NCBI GenBank assembly: GCA_030324005.1
Contig: JARDVH010000001.1
Coordinates: 106,857,389-106,921,388, forward strand
Length of the DNA stretch: 64,000 bases
DNA from: Negaprion brevirostris
Lineage: Eukaryota
Reading direction: 5' to 3'
Below are positions 38,451-51,099 of this stretch, in pieces (position 1 is the first letter of the stretch; each line of letters starts with the position of its first letter). Below the pieces are notes generated by a model that was not told the DNA's origin, ran no database searches, and saw nothing but the letters and a program-made list of their open reading frames with translations. The translations under genes were made by a program, and so were the position numbers.

Positions 38451-41400
38451 GTGGAGCAAAACTTAAAAAACAAACGTGGTTCTCATTGAAGAACAGTCAT
38501 TGAAATTACAGAGTATATCTGAATACTGAAATGAGATAAACGTTTTGGGTGTTATCAGCACCAAGATACAAGACACTGAAGTTCAGAGACTTCACTGGCT
38601 GCCAAAAGCATAAAATAATTTTGTTGCCTGAGTGTGTGGTCTGGGTAGCTGTGTCTAAGTTTATATACACAATGAGGTCATCAGGATATAATGGAACCTC
38701 CGTTTATTGTGACAAAACTGTGCTTGACGACCAGTCAGAATTTTTCTGCTACTCCTGTTGGTTTTATTGAATTCTTGAAAGATACATTCTCGATTTTCCC
38801 TCCTTTTCCTCTCTCTTCAGGATTCCCCTGGGGAGGGACGTGCATCATTTTCCATCTAATAGGGCAAACAGGCTTTCTCTTCCAGAAAGCTACTTGGACT
38901 ATTCTTGTACTGAATGAATGACTGCCATGCAATCACTTGTGGTGTGCCCCAAGTTTCTATCCATGGAGGTGTGCTTTTATGATATAAAAGCTGGGAAAAT
39001 TCAGCAGATCTGTAGAGAGAGTGTGTTTGGAATCCATGTGACACTTTTTCAGATATACATATAAAGAATTCAGGATGTGGACCATGTTGTTCCAGAAATA
39101 TTATTGATAAGCAAGGTGCCAATTTTCATAGATTTATTGAGCAACCCAGCTTTAATACTTCCACAAATTCATGACTTTGGCAAGATTCTCCAGCTTCCTG
39201 TTTGATATGCATGCCAAGGATGACTTGGGCATTCCTATAGAAAAATGCAAACAATCGATTTCGTCCTTACTAGAAACTTTGCACCTTGCCTCCCCACCCT
39301 GGCTAAGCTGGCTGGTGTAAAATATTCTGCTTGATCTTGAATTAAGCTTCAAACCTCACCACTGACTGTATTGTGAAATTACTTACTTCAGCTTTGGCTG
39401 TTTTGACCATCCTCACCTCAAATATTGAAACTACCTTCTGCATCTTGCACCATCTCCAGGCTATAACAGTATCTTCTCTAACAGTATCCTTGTCGGATTC
39501 CCTGGCTCTATGCTACAAGCAATCTAACGCATTCAACTCACTGAATATGTACAATGGCTCATTCTGCACAGCATCCAGATCACCCTCACCCCCATTGGTT
39601 TCCATCTCCTCCCAACTCCGGAACATTGATTTTAGCGTTCTGGTCCATGACGGTAAATCTCTCCAATGTCTTTTTCTGTGCAACCTTCTCCAGTTCTACA
39701 TCCAGCCTCAATTCTTCCAAAGTCGGCTTGTTGTGCATCTCACCCTATCTCTAGCCCGTTGGTGACAGAACCTTCAGCCACCATCTTTTTATGTTGCCAC
39801 ATCTTTTTGTAGGATGTCAGAAAATTCCATTCATTTGGAGGGGCCTTAGCATTGGAGGATACTATGAGCTGGCAGGAGTGTGGTCGTGAAGGGATTTAGA
39901 AGCACGGATGAGGTTAATTTGAGGTATTGCTCAAATGTGAGCCAGTGTAGATCAGTAAACACAGTGAATTGGACTGGGCAAATGGGCCAGGAACTGGCAA
40001 ATGGAATTTAATGTTGGCAAGTGCGAGGTGGTCCACTTTGGTAGGAATNNNNNNNNNNNNNNNNNNNNNNNNNNNNNNNNNNNNNNNNNNNNNNNNNNNN
40101 NNNNNNNNNNNNNNNNNNNNNNNNNNNNNNNNNNNNNNNNNNNNNNNNNNNNNNNNNNNNNNNNNNNNNNNNNNNNNNNNNNNNNNNNNNNNNNNNNNNN
40201 NNNNNNNNNNNNACTAATGTAAAAGCATTAGTTAGATTATGTAGGGCCTTTCCTGTCAGGAAGAAAAATTATACCCAGTAAATGTAAATACCATACATTA
40301 CCAAATGAGTGTGTTTGTGCACCAAACAAACTATAAAATAAATATGCTAATTCTTTCTACTTTCTGCTCCTGCTCCGCAATGTTCCTGCTGGCTAACTCT
40401 TCTGTTGGCTGACCTGCTTGTTCACCATTTCGCTCTCCTGAATCCTTGTTCCTGAGCTCCCGAAGCCTTGCGAGCTGAGTGGCAAGGTGTAGCAAGCAAC
40501 CTATGGAGTCAGAGGAGCTTCAAGTTGTGGGGTCGCAGAGGTCAGCTGCAAGCTGGAGGGATGGGGAAGTGGGAGGGTTGGTGGCTGACCCTTCCTGTTG
40601 CCAATCAGAGGCACTTCCCAAATTAGTGCTGATTGGGCAGCGCAACCTTGCATCACCCGGTGCAAAATATTCTTAATGTGAATCCACAACATTTGCTAAA
40701 AGCAAATAACCACCCTCATTNNNNNNNNNNNNNNNNNNNNNNNNNNNNNNNNNNNNNNNNNNNNNNNNNNNNNNNNNNNNNNNNNNNNNNNNNNNNNNNN
40801 NNNNNNNNNNNNNNNNNNNNNNNNNNNNNNNNNNNNNNNNNNNNNNNNNNNNNNNNNNNNNNNNNNNNNNNNNNNNNNNNNNNNNNNNNNNNNNNNNNNN
40901 NNNNNNNNNNNNNNNNNNNNNNNNNNNNNNNNNNNNNNNNNNNNNNNNNNNNNNNNNNNNNNNNNNNNNNNNNNNNNNNNNNNNNNNNNNNNNNNNNNNN
41001 NNNNNNNNNNNNNNNNNNNNNNNNNNNNNNNNNNNNNNNNNNNNNNNNNNNNNNNNNNNNNNNNNNNNNNNNNNNNNNNNNNNNNNNNNNNNNNNNNNNN
41101 NNNNNNNNNNNNNNNNNNNNNNNNNNNNNNNNNNNNNNNNNNNNNNNNNNNNNNNNNNNNNNNNNNNNNNNNNNNNNNNNNNNNNNNNNNNNNNNNNNNN
41201 NNNNNNNNNNNNNNNNNNNNNNNNNNNNNNNNNNNNNNNNNNNNNNNNNNNNNNNNNNNNNNNNNNNNNNNNNNNNNNNNNNNNNNNNNNNNNNNNNNNN
41301 NNNNNNNNNNNNNNNNNNNNNNNNNNNNNNNNNNNNNNNNNNNNNNNNNNNNNNNNNNNNNNNNNNNNNNNNNNNNNNNNNNNNNNNNNNNNNNNNNNNN

Positions 41401-43159
41401 NNNNNNNNNNNNNNNNNNNNNNNNNNNNNNNNNNNNNNNNNNNNNNNNNNNNNNNNNNNNNNNNNNNNNNNNNNNNNNNNNNNNNNNNNCTTGATGTTGC
41501 CAATAAATATTATAAAATCTAAGTTTATCATGAACAACCAAAAGTTTTTCATGACTTTGCTGACGACTACAAATTCTGGAATACTTCTTAGTGTGTTTTT
41601 TTTATATATTGTAGAAATGGAGTGAATGAGACTGGGCTAAAACACAAGCCCTTATAACATGCAGTGGAATGTGATTGTTGACTATGGGCCAGCTAAAAAA
41701 AAATGCGCTGTCTTGCGTTGACATAGAGCTGTTTCTGCAGCATCTAATGCCATGGATCATTGAGGAGAGGCTGCTGTCACAAGGATCTTTAATCACATTC
41801 CTCTCCTGCTTATACACAAACGTGGATAAAGCTGAAAGCTTGAGTGTCATTCAGCGGATCAGTTTCTCAGGAATAACTGGATTTTCTGGAGGTTTACTTT
41901 GAATTTGTCTCGGCTTATTTGATTTCAAACGCATGAGTTGATTAGCATTACAAAGGACAAACGTTGAAACCTCATGACAGTTTATGCAAATCTCTTCCGC
42001 TATCACATAATTAAAAATCGTTAACCAGCCTCCACATTGCGAAAACTCTCATAAAAATTGCTGGCTGAATGAAAGTCCAGCGTTAGTTTAATTAAGTTTG
42101 CTGGATGTTAATCAGATAAATGTTGAGATTTATGGCATCATTTGGAAGACTTCATTAGACAAACATAGTTTTGTTTTTTGGCATTTGGCACAGCATCCTC
42201 CCAGGATACACTTCCCTCAAAGCTGGAGCTGCTGCAAGCCACTGTTGGTGGGTGGGACAGCTGCTCCCATATGTGGGGCTGTTTGAAGTTCGTTTTGGGA
42301 ACTTTTAAGGAGAAAGGATAAGGATTCCTTTTATAAGTCTGAATAACAAATGTGTTTTTCTTCTGCAATATGTTGGGCTGTTTCAGTTTAGTTTGAAATC
42401 AGACAGCAGAGTTGAGGGTGCACCAGTGGGAAGATTTACTTAGGAATGTCCTAAAAAGCAAATTCTGAAAATTGCACTGTTTTAAGGCATCCAAATACAA
42501 TTAGTTCCCTCTCTCTACTATTTTCCTTCAATATGTTTTTTATTTATGGTTCATTTTACAGGCATACTCATCAAAGTAATATTTTCGCTTTCAACTTTTC
42601 ATTTCTTAATTCATTCCTTTTTTTTGTTTGAAGGTGGTGCCTCTCTGGGTTCAGATCCACATGGCCCAGTAGCCCACCAATAACTCTACCCAACTGACCA
42701 TGCCTTGGAAAGGGCAGAGGCACTTCTCCCTGCCTTCCTGGGGGTGATAAAGTTGGACCCAGCCACAAGAATAGTTTGGCATTACACAAGCAGTCCATAC
42801 AAGGCATTACAAGGTGTGCAAAAGAATTTCAATGCTACTGATGAGGGTGCGGATGAATCCCCAAACAGTTGGTGTGTGTGGTATCATCTCTCTCTTAATA
42901 TCCCCACTCTTCAGTTGACCCTGGAAAATGGGGCCACCTCCAGAGAGATTGCGGCCAGGCCCTTGCAACAACAATTCACGTTTGCAGCTTTGTTAGAAAC
43001 TCAACTGGCTGCCAGGCAGATTGAAGACTTCACCTTGGAGAGACCAGTGGGCAGAATAGATAGAGACCTTGAAGGAGCCACTAATCTTCCACCGCCTTGC
43101 TTAACCACAGATCAACTGATGAAAAATCAACACTCCAAAATGGCGTGATTCCAGGTAAA

Positions 43160-43225
43160 CCCGTTGGACATTAACACGGTGTTGTGAGACTTCTTACTGT
43201 GTTCATCCAGTCCAACGCTGGCTCG
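43160..43225 (+). mobile_element. Family-1 Penelope 3'-terminal fragment with tail
   Basis: gttggacattaacacggtgttgtgagacttcttactgtgttcatccagtccaacgctggc. Confidence 0.7.
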
Positions 43226-44158
43226 TGGTAACCAGAGATCAGTGGACGTGCTGAAGCACATCTCAGTGAGAATGCCAGTGGCATTATGGGAGCAGGGTGT
43301 TTAGGTTTTTCTCAGGATTTCATTGGATCACCTTTTTTTTTACCACCCTCTCGTGTAATGTGCACCATGATTTCAGCAAATCATCTGGGACAGACAGTAC
43401 ATTTGTCTGCAACTGGGCCTCATAGGCTGTGCATCTAGACGTCACTAGCCATCTACATCTCTAAAGCTATGAAGAGCAGTCTATCACTGGTGGTAGAGTT
43501 AGTAAATCTTCTTTAAAGAAACGTGTTATGTTTGGGCATGATGTGTTATGCAGGATTGTCAATAATCATGTTTACAGGGTGTAATCCTGATCCCTCAGCA
43601 AACAGCTTGTTATGTTGCTTGCAGGGTTGATTATTGGATGGTATGGTAGACTGTCTCAACATGAAAATATCATGGATGATGTGGAGTAAACTGAGGGTTC
43701 TTGGGTTTTTTTTTGTATCAAGTGAATTTCTCTGGCATTTTGTTATTGTGTGTCTCATTTTCTATTTCTGTCTGTCTCTGCAGCCGACCTCTCTGCCTGT
43801 TTGTTCTCTCCCTTTGTATCTGTTTCCACTACTCCGCCCACCCCACCAACATTCTTTTTACGCTTCTCATTGTTATGTCTCCTTTAACTTTCTCTTCAGC
43901 CTTTGGCAATTCTGAGGGTGGGGGCTGGGACAACACTCTGCATAACACCAATGTGGGGCCCAGGAAGCTGAACTTTCTGCCAAACACAGCAGTTCGTTTG
44001 AGCAGGCTAGCTTGCTGTCTCCTGCACTGCACTCCATCCAGAATATGCTCTGTAAGATTGTGTGGAAAAATATTGATAACATGGTTTGGAAGTAGCTGAA
44101 AATGTCGTAACATTATAACACGCAGAAATAGTTAGTGTCCTTTGTTTTGGAACATCTA

Positions 44159-45007
44159 AGTAAGAAGCCTGACAACGTCAGGTTTAAGTCCAACCGATTT
44201 ATTTGATAGTAAACTCGCAAGCTTTTGGGGTTTGCCCCTTCGTCAGGTGAATGGANNNNNNNNNNNNNNNNNNNNNNNNNNNNNNNNNNNNNNNNNNNNN
44301 NNNNNNNNNNNNNNNNNNNNNNNNNNNNNNNNNNNNNNNNNNNNNNNNNNNNNNNNNNNNNNNNNNNNNNNNNNNNNNNNNNNNNNNNNNNNNNNNNNNN
44401 NNNNNNNNNNNNNNNNNNNNNNNNNNNNNNNNNNNNNNNNNNNNNNNNNNNNNNNNNNNNNNNNNNNNNNNNNNNNNNNNNNNNNNNNNNNNNNNNNNNN
44501 NNNNNNNNNNNNNNNNNNNNNNNNNNNNNNNNNNNNNNNNNNNNNNNNNNNNNNNNNNNNNNNNNNNNNNNNNNNNNNNNNNNNNNNNNNNNNNNNNNNN
44601 NNNNNNNNNNNNNNNNNNNNNNNNNNNNNNNNNNNNNNNNNNNNNNNNNNNNNNNNNNNNNNNNNNNNNNNNNNNNNNNNNNNNNNNNNNNNNNNNNNNN
44701 NNNNNNNNNNNNNNNNNNNNNNNNNNNNNNNNNNNNNNNNNNNNNNNNNNNNNNNNNNNNNNNNNNNNNNNNNNNNNNNNNNNNNNNNNNNNNNNNNNNN
44801 NNNNNNNCCGATTTATTTGATAGTAAACTCGCAAGCTTTTGGGGTTTGCCCCTTCGTCAGGTGAATGGAGAGTTCTCCTTTCACCTGACAAAGGGGCAAA
44901 CCACGAAAGCTTGTGAGTTTATTAACAAATAAATTGGTTGGACTTAAACCTGGTGTTGTCAGACTTCTTATTGTGTTTACCCCAGTCCAACGCTAATCTC
45001 CACATCA
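44159..45007. mobile_element. Palindromic mini Penelope-like element (family 1 variant) with two inverted hammerhead motifs
   Basis: TSD ttggaacatcta at 44147-44158 and 45008-45019. Fold-back centred near 44872, with the tail on the right end only. 62 bp are duplicated across an internal gap. Confidence 0.85.
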
Positions 45008-45345
45008 TTGGAACATCTAGCCAGGACAAGCACAGTTCAGAACAATTGTCTTCCCATTATCAAGTAATGTATTGCCATCCTGTCATTCCCCTGACAAATG
45101 GAATTGCCTTTTAACAGCACCACCTAAAGTCGTAAGTGGTATTGCAGGTACGTTTTGATATTTTTACTTAAAGCTTGACAGAAATTTAACTATATTTTGA
45201 GATGTGATAGTGCAGTTAATACCTTTAATATGTTATGGAGTTGTGGAATTTATACATATTTTGTATTCCTCTTGTTCAAGTTTAAGGGAACAGTTAAAGT
45301 TGTGAGATCTTTGTTCATTTTTCTAAATCTGTTTACAATGTGCAA

Positions 45346-45628
45346 AGTAAGAAGTCTGAAAACACCGGGTTAAAGTCCAACAGGTTTATTTGGAACTAGC
45401 TTTCGGAGTCTCAGGCTCCTTCATCAGGTGAATGAGGACTTGTGTTCACAAACAGGCCATATACAGACACAAACTCAATTGGAATGTGAGTCTTAAAGGT
45501 AATCAAATCTTAAAGGTATAGACAATGTGAGTGGAGAGAGGGCCAAGCATGGGTTAAAGAGATGTGTATTGTCTCCAGCCAGGACAGTTAGTGAGATTTT
45601 GCAAGCCCAGAAGTTGGGCGGGGTTACA
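45346..45628 (-). mobile_element. Family-1 Penelope 3'UTR/pLTR fragment with intact hammerhead core (45393-45432)
   Basis: Homologous to 7241-7540. Minus strand reads cac-ctgatga-aggagcctgagactcc-gaaa-gcta. Confidence 0.85.
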
Positions 45629-46196
45629 GTATGCATAATAGAGCTCCTTTGTAAAGTTTTGTACATGGGGACCTTGCTGTAATGAAATTTGGTGTAAAAC
45701 GGGTCCATCAAGGGTCCTGAAAATGCTATGTAAAGTTACCATTTCAGAACATAAATGCACTACTAATAATTTAGAACCAGCCAAACAGTTTCAGTTTCCT
45801 GACTAATGAATGCAGCAGTTTTCTCTATAAATACTAAATAGTTAAAATTGCATTGATACCCGCAAAACAATCAGTGCAAAAAGGTGTATACTGAATCATG
45901 AAAGAGAAAATTTTATACCATCACCAAGGGACTGAAAATCATTGTCCACGTCAAGGAAGGTGCTGTGCAAGCGTCTGATTTACAGAGAATGGTGATCACT
46001 AAATCAACATCTCATGGGTAGCTTAAAAATAAAGACACATTGAGAAAGACATTGACAGAGGTTGATGACATTGGCCAACCAAGAAAAGAAGCCCAAAGTG
46101 CAGACAACATGCCTCTCCACAAGACCGTATGCATGTGGCGCAGTTCAAGCTATACTTGACGAGCCATCTGAAACGTTCTTTTTAAAATTGTTGCAT

Positions 46197-46282
46197 TAAG
46201 AAGTCTCACAACACTAGATGAAAGTCCATCAGGTTTATTTTGAGTCACGAGCTTTCGGAGTGCTGCTCCTTCATCAGGTGAC
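46197..46282 (-). mobile_element. Minimal family-1 Penelope terminal insert
   Basis: taagaagtctcacaacactagatgaaagtccatcaggtttattt... homologous to 7241-7325. Confidence 0.8.
46244..46282 (-). ncRNA. Minimal type-I hammerhead ribozyme motif
   Basis: Minus strand GUCAC-CUGAUGA-A-GGAG-cagca-CUCC-GAAA-GCUC^GUGAC. It has a 5-bp stem I, complete core, 4-bp stem II, palindromic AGCU in place of stem III and a CUC cleavage triplet. Confidence 0.75.
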
Positions 46283-48449
46283 AATAAAGGTACTGTTGAT
46301 AGTTCTTTGCTACAGCAAAACTGGTCTACATAAGCTGATTCTGCTTGTCATCAGAAAATTTACCGAAGTGTTGCTTCCGTCGTCTAAAGCTGAAATCACT
46401 ACCATGCCATGGCTCGGTTAGTGCCAAAGCCTGGATGGCTTAATTAATTGTTGATGATGACCTCCATCAATGTTGAAAATTCAACTCATTGACCAAATCA
46501 TTACATCAATCTTCTAATGTAACTGCAGAAGAGAATGAATCAAGGGAATAGTGGACAGTAAGGATGATGTGATGAGTCACCTGAAGAAACTTAACATGAA
46601 AGGAGGAATTTACATGTGTGCCAATACCTGGCAAGAAGTGATAATCGATTACATAAAAACTTCCTGAAGAGAGACACTGGGTGCTATACTTGAAATATAA
46701 TCCAACAGTGCTGACGTGGAGGATATGAAGACTTTGCTAAAGAAGAAATACTTGTAAGTGAGAAACATGTCGGGACCACAATGGATTCTAGCCCACAAAC
46801 TAAAAAAATGCCAGAGTCATACTTGGAATCCATTTCAACACTGAATGCATCAATGTGTGGTTGAGTATCGATGTTCAAGTGCTATGAATGTGACAATTGC
46901 AGATAATCAAAACACTGGCCAACAGGTTTAAATTCTCAAGGTATTCAGCTACCTGAAGAAGATGACGCTGCCATCAATTGGAAAACAATGACAAATCAAC
47001 CATTGCAAATGTGACACAACTACAGAGCAACTAGCAGGGGCAGATGTGAGGAGTAATTATGACCAGATGACAATTACCGATATCTTCAACATGCATCCAT
47101 TTGTTCAACAATTGTTGATTGTACATCTGTATTTGTATTTCTGTTCCAGAAGAAGTAAAACTTAAATTTTAAATTAATTGTCTTGTTTGCTTTGTTATTC
47201 TGGCTACTGACTTGTCTCTTTTGAAACAACCTCATTTTAAAGTGGTCTCGCCAAAGATGTGGTCTCCATTATAGTGTAGTCCCATTATAGTATAATGTAA
47301 ATCACCACAGTTGTCTCAAGTGGAAAACATGTCCACATATGCTTTGGTAATATAGATCCTCTTGCAGTTGCAAGGTGCCCATTTTATAGTAAAGAAGCAT
47401 GCAGTTTTAAACTTTGGTCATTTATTGAGTGGTATTCCAGACTTCTGTGTATTTGCTGATTCCAAATGCAGCCATTCCCTAAAGCTGTGATCCTTGTATC
47501 ACACCAGTATACCTACTGCACTAAAGTGTTACTGCAGATGGCTGAGGTTGCCCTTTACCCCTCCTGTTGACACTGCTTGAGCACCACTTATCTCTTGATA
47601 GTACAGAAACGACTACAATCCATAAGATTGTCATTTGAGTACATTAATGAAAGTAAAAATAGTTTGTTAAACTTAGACAGTAGTTGCTTATAATGGCACT
47701 CTTGTTGAAAAATGTTAGTTTCAGGAACACAATTTTTGTTCCCCCTGTATCATGGTGCTACTCATTTCTTCACATTTCTGCTACTCATTAGTTTTCCAGT
47801 TTTCAAAACCTTTTGGAGACATTAAAAATAGCAATTTTATGGAGTTAGTTTACAAAAGGAACAGTGACCCAGCAGCCATGTTCTAAATGGTCTTTCATTG
47901 TTGTCTTTTTAACCTCTGGTGAGCAGAAAGGTATTGTGCTCCAAGTGAGGCAATTACAGAACACTCTAATTTCATACATATGTCTTAGTTGTCCTCACTA
48001 AATAAATACATTGATTTTGAAATTAAAATGGCAATGTAAGTTTCATTTTGGTGTTGGTTTGTGTTTGTGAAGGGTAGAATTGTTGATGGATGTAAGCTGC
48101 AGTATTAACAGAGCCCACCATTCCTTTCCATCCAATTTTGAAAAAAAAAACACGATTTTTTTTGTGGGGTGGAAGAGGGGTTGAACCAGATATAATACTA
48201 TCATTGTATTTAGTGTGTAAAAACAAAACCCACCAAGTGGTTTAGGTTCAGTCACAATACTTGCATGATTATCTTTTTGAGTGCAGCCTTGGATTGAACA
48301 TTTCAAATGGACTTTGGTTATTAGACCATCAGATGTCCTGTTGGTTTAAAAAAAGAGCTTGGCAAATAAATCTCTAAAGTGAAGTACATCAAAACAGTTT
48401 GATGCTGACATGATGCGTTTCAGACCATTGACGTAAACGTGTATTAGAA

Positions 48450-48816
48450 GGAGAGGACTGGCATTTGGGAAACTGAAACCAAATATCACATCAAGATCAG
48501 ACTGAGTTGCCCAATTTATCGCAACCTGGATATCATCAGATTTTGAACATGGAAGGAAAAAGCACCGTTCACAATGGGGAGAAACTGTACACGTGTTCTG
48601 TGAGTGGACGAAGCTTCAGCCAGTCATCTGTTGATCCACAAACACAGTCACTGTGGGGAGAAGCTGAGGAAATACAGGGACTGTGGGAAGGGGTTCCATT
48701 ATCAAAGTGAACTGGAAGCTCACCGGCGCAGCAGCCACACTGGGGAGAAACTGTTCATCTGCTCAGAGTGTGGGAAGGCATTTGTTCGTTCATCCCAACT
48801 GCTGACACATCAGTGA
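48450..48816 (+). pseudogene. C2H2 (Kruppel-type) zinc-finger gene fragment
   Basis: [27 protein letters not shown], frameshift, then [59 protein letters not shown]. Cys residues are lost and there is a premature TGA. Confidence 0.8.
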
Positions 48817-48839
48817 GAAATGTTTTAAAAAATGGGATG

Positions 48840-49268
48840 GCATGTCTGTCATGTGAGATGAGACTAAATTGGTTACGATTACACTCACTAGAGTTTAGAA
48901 GAGTGAGAGGGGATCTCGTAGAGATTTGTAAAATTCTTACACGATAGATTGAGAAAGAATTTTCCCAATGGTGGGGGTGTCCAGAACTAAGGGGTCATAG
49001 ATTGAGGATGAGGGGTAAACCTTTTAGAACTGAGGTGAGGAGAAATCTCTTCTCCCAGAAGATGGTGGATGTGTGGAATTCACTCCCACAGAATGTAGTT
49101 GAGGCTGAAACGTCTGATTGCAGGGAGAAATTAGATATAGCTCTTGTAGCTAAAGGGATATGGAGGGCAGGGGGATCAGGATATTGATTTCGATGATCAA
49201 CATGAATGGCGGAGCAGACTCGAAGGGCTGAATGGGTCACTCCTGCTTCTAGTTTCTATGATTTCCAT
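48840..49268 (+). mobile_element. CR1 LINE 3' end
   Basis: SLEFRRVRGDLVEICKIL...RGHRLRMRGKPFRTEVRRNLFSQKMVDVWNSLPQ. Terminal ...ctcctgcttctagtttctatg. Confidence 0.88.
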
Positions 49269-50156
49269 CTGAATTGCAAATGAGAAGGAAGATGTATAAA
49301 GAAGGGGAATGTTATACATGTGGTTAAGGGCGAACCTTCAATAATCCATTATCCCACTCTTGTTTGTGATCCAGTTAATATTTTTGATTAATTATTAGAA
49401 ATGTGGGAGAAATAAATCTCCAAACTTTTGTTTTATATGTTTAGAAAATCTTGGGTAGAGACTAGTTTGTCTGCAGTATGTCACAAACAGTCTGATTGCA
49501 CTCACATAGAGACAATCCCCTTAGGCAGTGTCACCTTGGTGTATTTGCTTCATTATTCAGCCGCTGAAGTTTGTGAATGCGGTGTTACAACTGGAAGATT
49601 TGCAAAATTGACTCAATTTTCAAAATCCTTTGTAAATATTTTCTATGAGATCTAATCACTCTGTGTATAAACACTTTAATTTGAACAACTGTTGCTTTAA
49701 ATGTGGTGTAGATGTGATCCATTCCTGAATATTTACTTCATCAAGTGTCATGCATATTATGGTTTCAAACTATTCTGGGCAAAATCAGAACCATGGATAT
49801 GGTTCAAATATGCAAATCACAATTTGTCAGCAGCCAATAGTATAACCCAGTTCTCCCCTGTACCAAACGCTGATCAATTTCAGCCCANNNNNNNNNNNNN
49901 NNNNNNNNNNNNNNNNNNNNNNNNNNNNNNNNNNNNNNNNNNNNNNNNNNNNNNNNNNNNNNNNNNNNNNNNNNNNNNNNNNNNNNNCTCCCCTGTACCA
50001 AACGCAGATCAATTTCAGCCCAATTAGTACGGAGCTCTCATTCCCCTTCGTTCAAATGATTTTAGAAGTGTTTAAGGCAAGCAGCTATGAAGTGCAGTAA
50101 CTCTGAGCAACATCTAATCAAAATAACAACTCAACTCATTTCCCCATTGCTTTTAG

Positions 50157-50325
50157 GAAGGAGAAAATATCTTCTATTTAGCTGTGGATGACATTGAAAC
50201 AGACAATGAGTTACTAATTGGTTACCTAGATAGTGAGATGGAGGAAATAGAGGAAGATGAGGAGGAGGAAGTAGCGGTCAAAGATGAAGAAAACGCCAAA
50301 GATATACAGCCATCCGGTGAAAAAG
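50157..50325 (+). CDS. PRDM5: PRDM5 coding exon 4 (end of PR/SET domain and acidic linker)
   Basis: ttttag|GAA...AAAG|gtact, 169 bp, phase 0/1. [38 protein letters not shown]...GEK. Confidence 0.93.
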
Positions 50326-51099
50326 GTACTTGGCATGAGCTATATTACACAAATCAACATCAATGTGTCCCATTTTGAGATACTGTTTTTGAACTATGAT
50401 AACCTTGTGACTTGGATCATTTTTGGTTTTGCACACCTCACCTCAGCATAATTACTACTAGAAAATGAGTGATAATTAGTCTGCCTCGTGAAGCATATTT
50501 GTATGAAAGGTGGAGAAGACAGGATTAAGTTTTGGTTTGTTGCACTCTCCTGACCTAACACAGGTTATCCAGGTGCTTAATACATATTACCAATTAGACC
50601 ATTTCTGAGGCAGTTATCCACGGAGATTCCACAGCACTGCACACTGTCATCTATAAATGTGGTCCCCTTGCACTGAGTTTTGAGAATAGTTGAACAGAGA
50701 AGACAATGCTCTACATCCGTGTGGTAGGCCTCTAACTCCATTGAAAGTTACCTAAGAGATGCCAAAATATGGCTCTTAGCNNNNNNNNNNNNNNNNNNNN
50801 NNNNNNNNNNNNNNNNNNNNNNNNNNNNNNNNNNNNNNNNNNNNNNNNNNNNNNNNNNNNNNNNNNNNNNNNNNNNNNNNNNNNNNNNNNNNNNNNNNNN
50901 NNNNNNNNNNNNNNNNNNNNNNNNNNNNNNNNNNNNNNNNNNNNNNNNNNNNNNNNNNNNNNNNNNNNNNNNNNNNNNNNNNNNNNNNNNNNNNNNNNNN
51001 NNNNNNNNNNNNNNNNNNNNNNNNNNNNNNNNNNNNNNNNNNNNNNNNNNNNNNNNNNNNNNNNNNNNNNNNNNNNNNNNNNNNNNNNNNNNNNNNNNN

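Larger units (their letters stand above)
45895..46760 (+). pseudogene. Degenerate pogo/Tigger (Jerky-like) transposase
   Basis: MKRKFYTI..LKIIVHVKEG..QAS...ITKSTSHG*LKNKDTLR (HTH-psq-like, ~45898-46060) and KIQLIDQIITSIF*CNCRRE...LKKLNMK..IYMCANTWQEV (DDE_1 C-terminus-like, ~46475-46645), both with frameshifts. Confidence 0.6.

Noticed and set aside
42705-43148. 147-aa ORF and similar short intronic ORFs (39373-39765, 43701-44099)
   Set aside because: No recognisable domain, non-ATG starts and no convincing splice context; they are probably chance frames in decayed repeats.
48507-48816. Possible extra zinc-finger exon of PRDM5
   Set aside because: It lies between two PR-domain exons, has a frameshift, lost cysteines and a stop, and exons 3 and 4 join correctly without it.
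49848-50022. Apparent direct repeats across ~100-N gaps (also at 14232/14337, 23589/23742, 24895/25004 and 25812/25922)
   Set aside because: The flanks overlap on both sides of fixed-size gaps, which is typical of unmerged contig ends rather than real tandem repeats.
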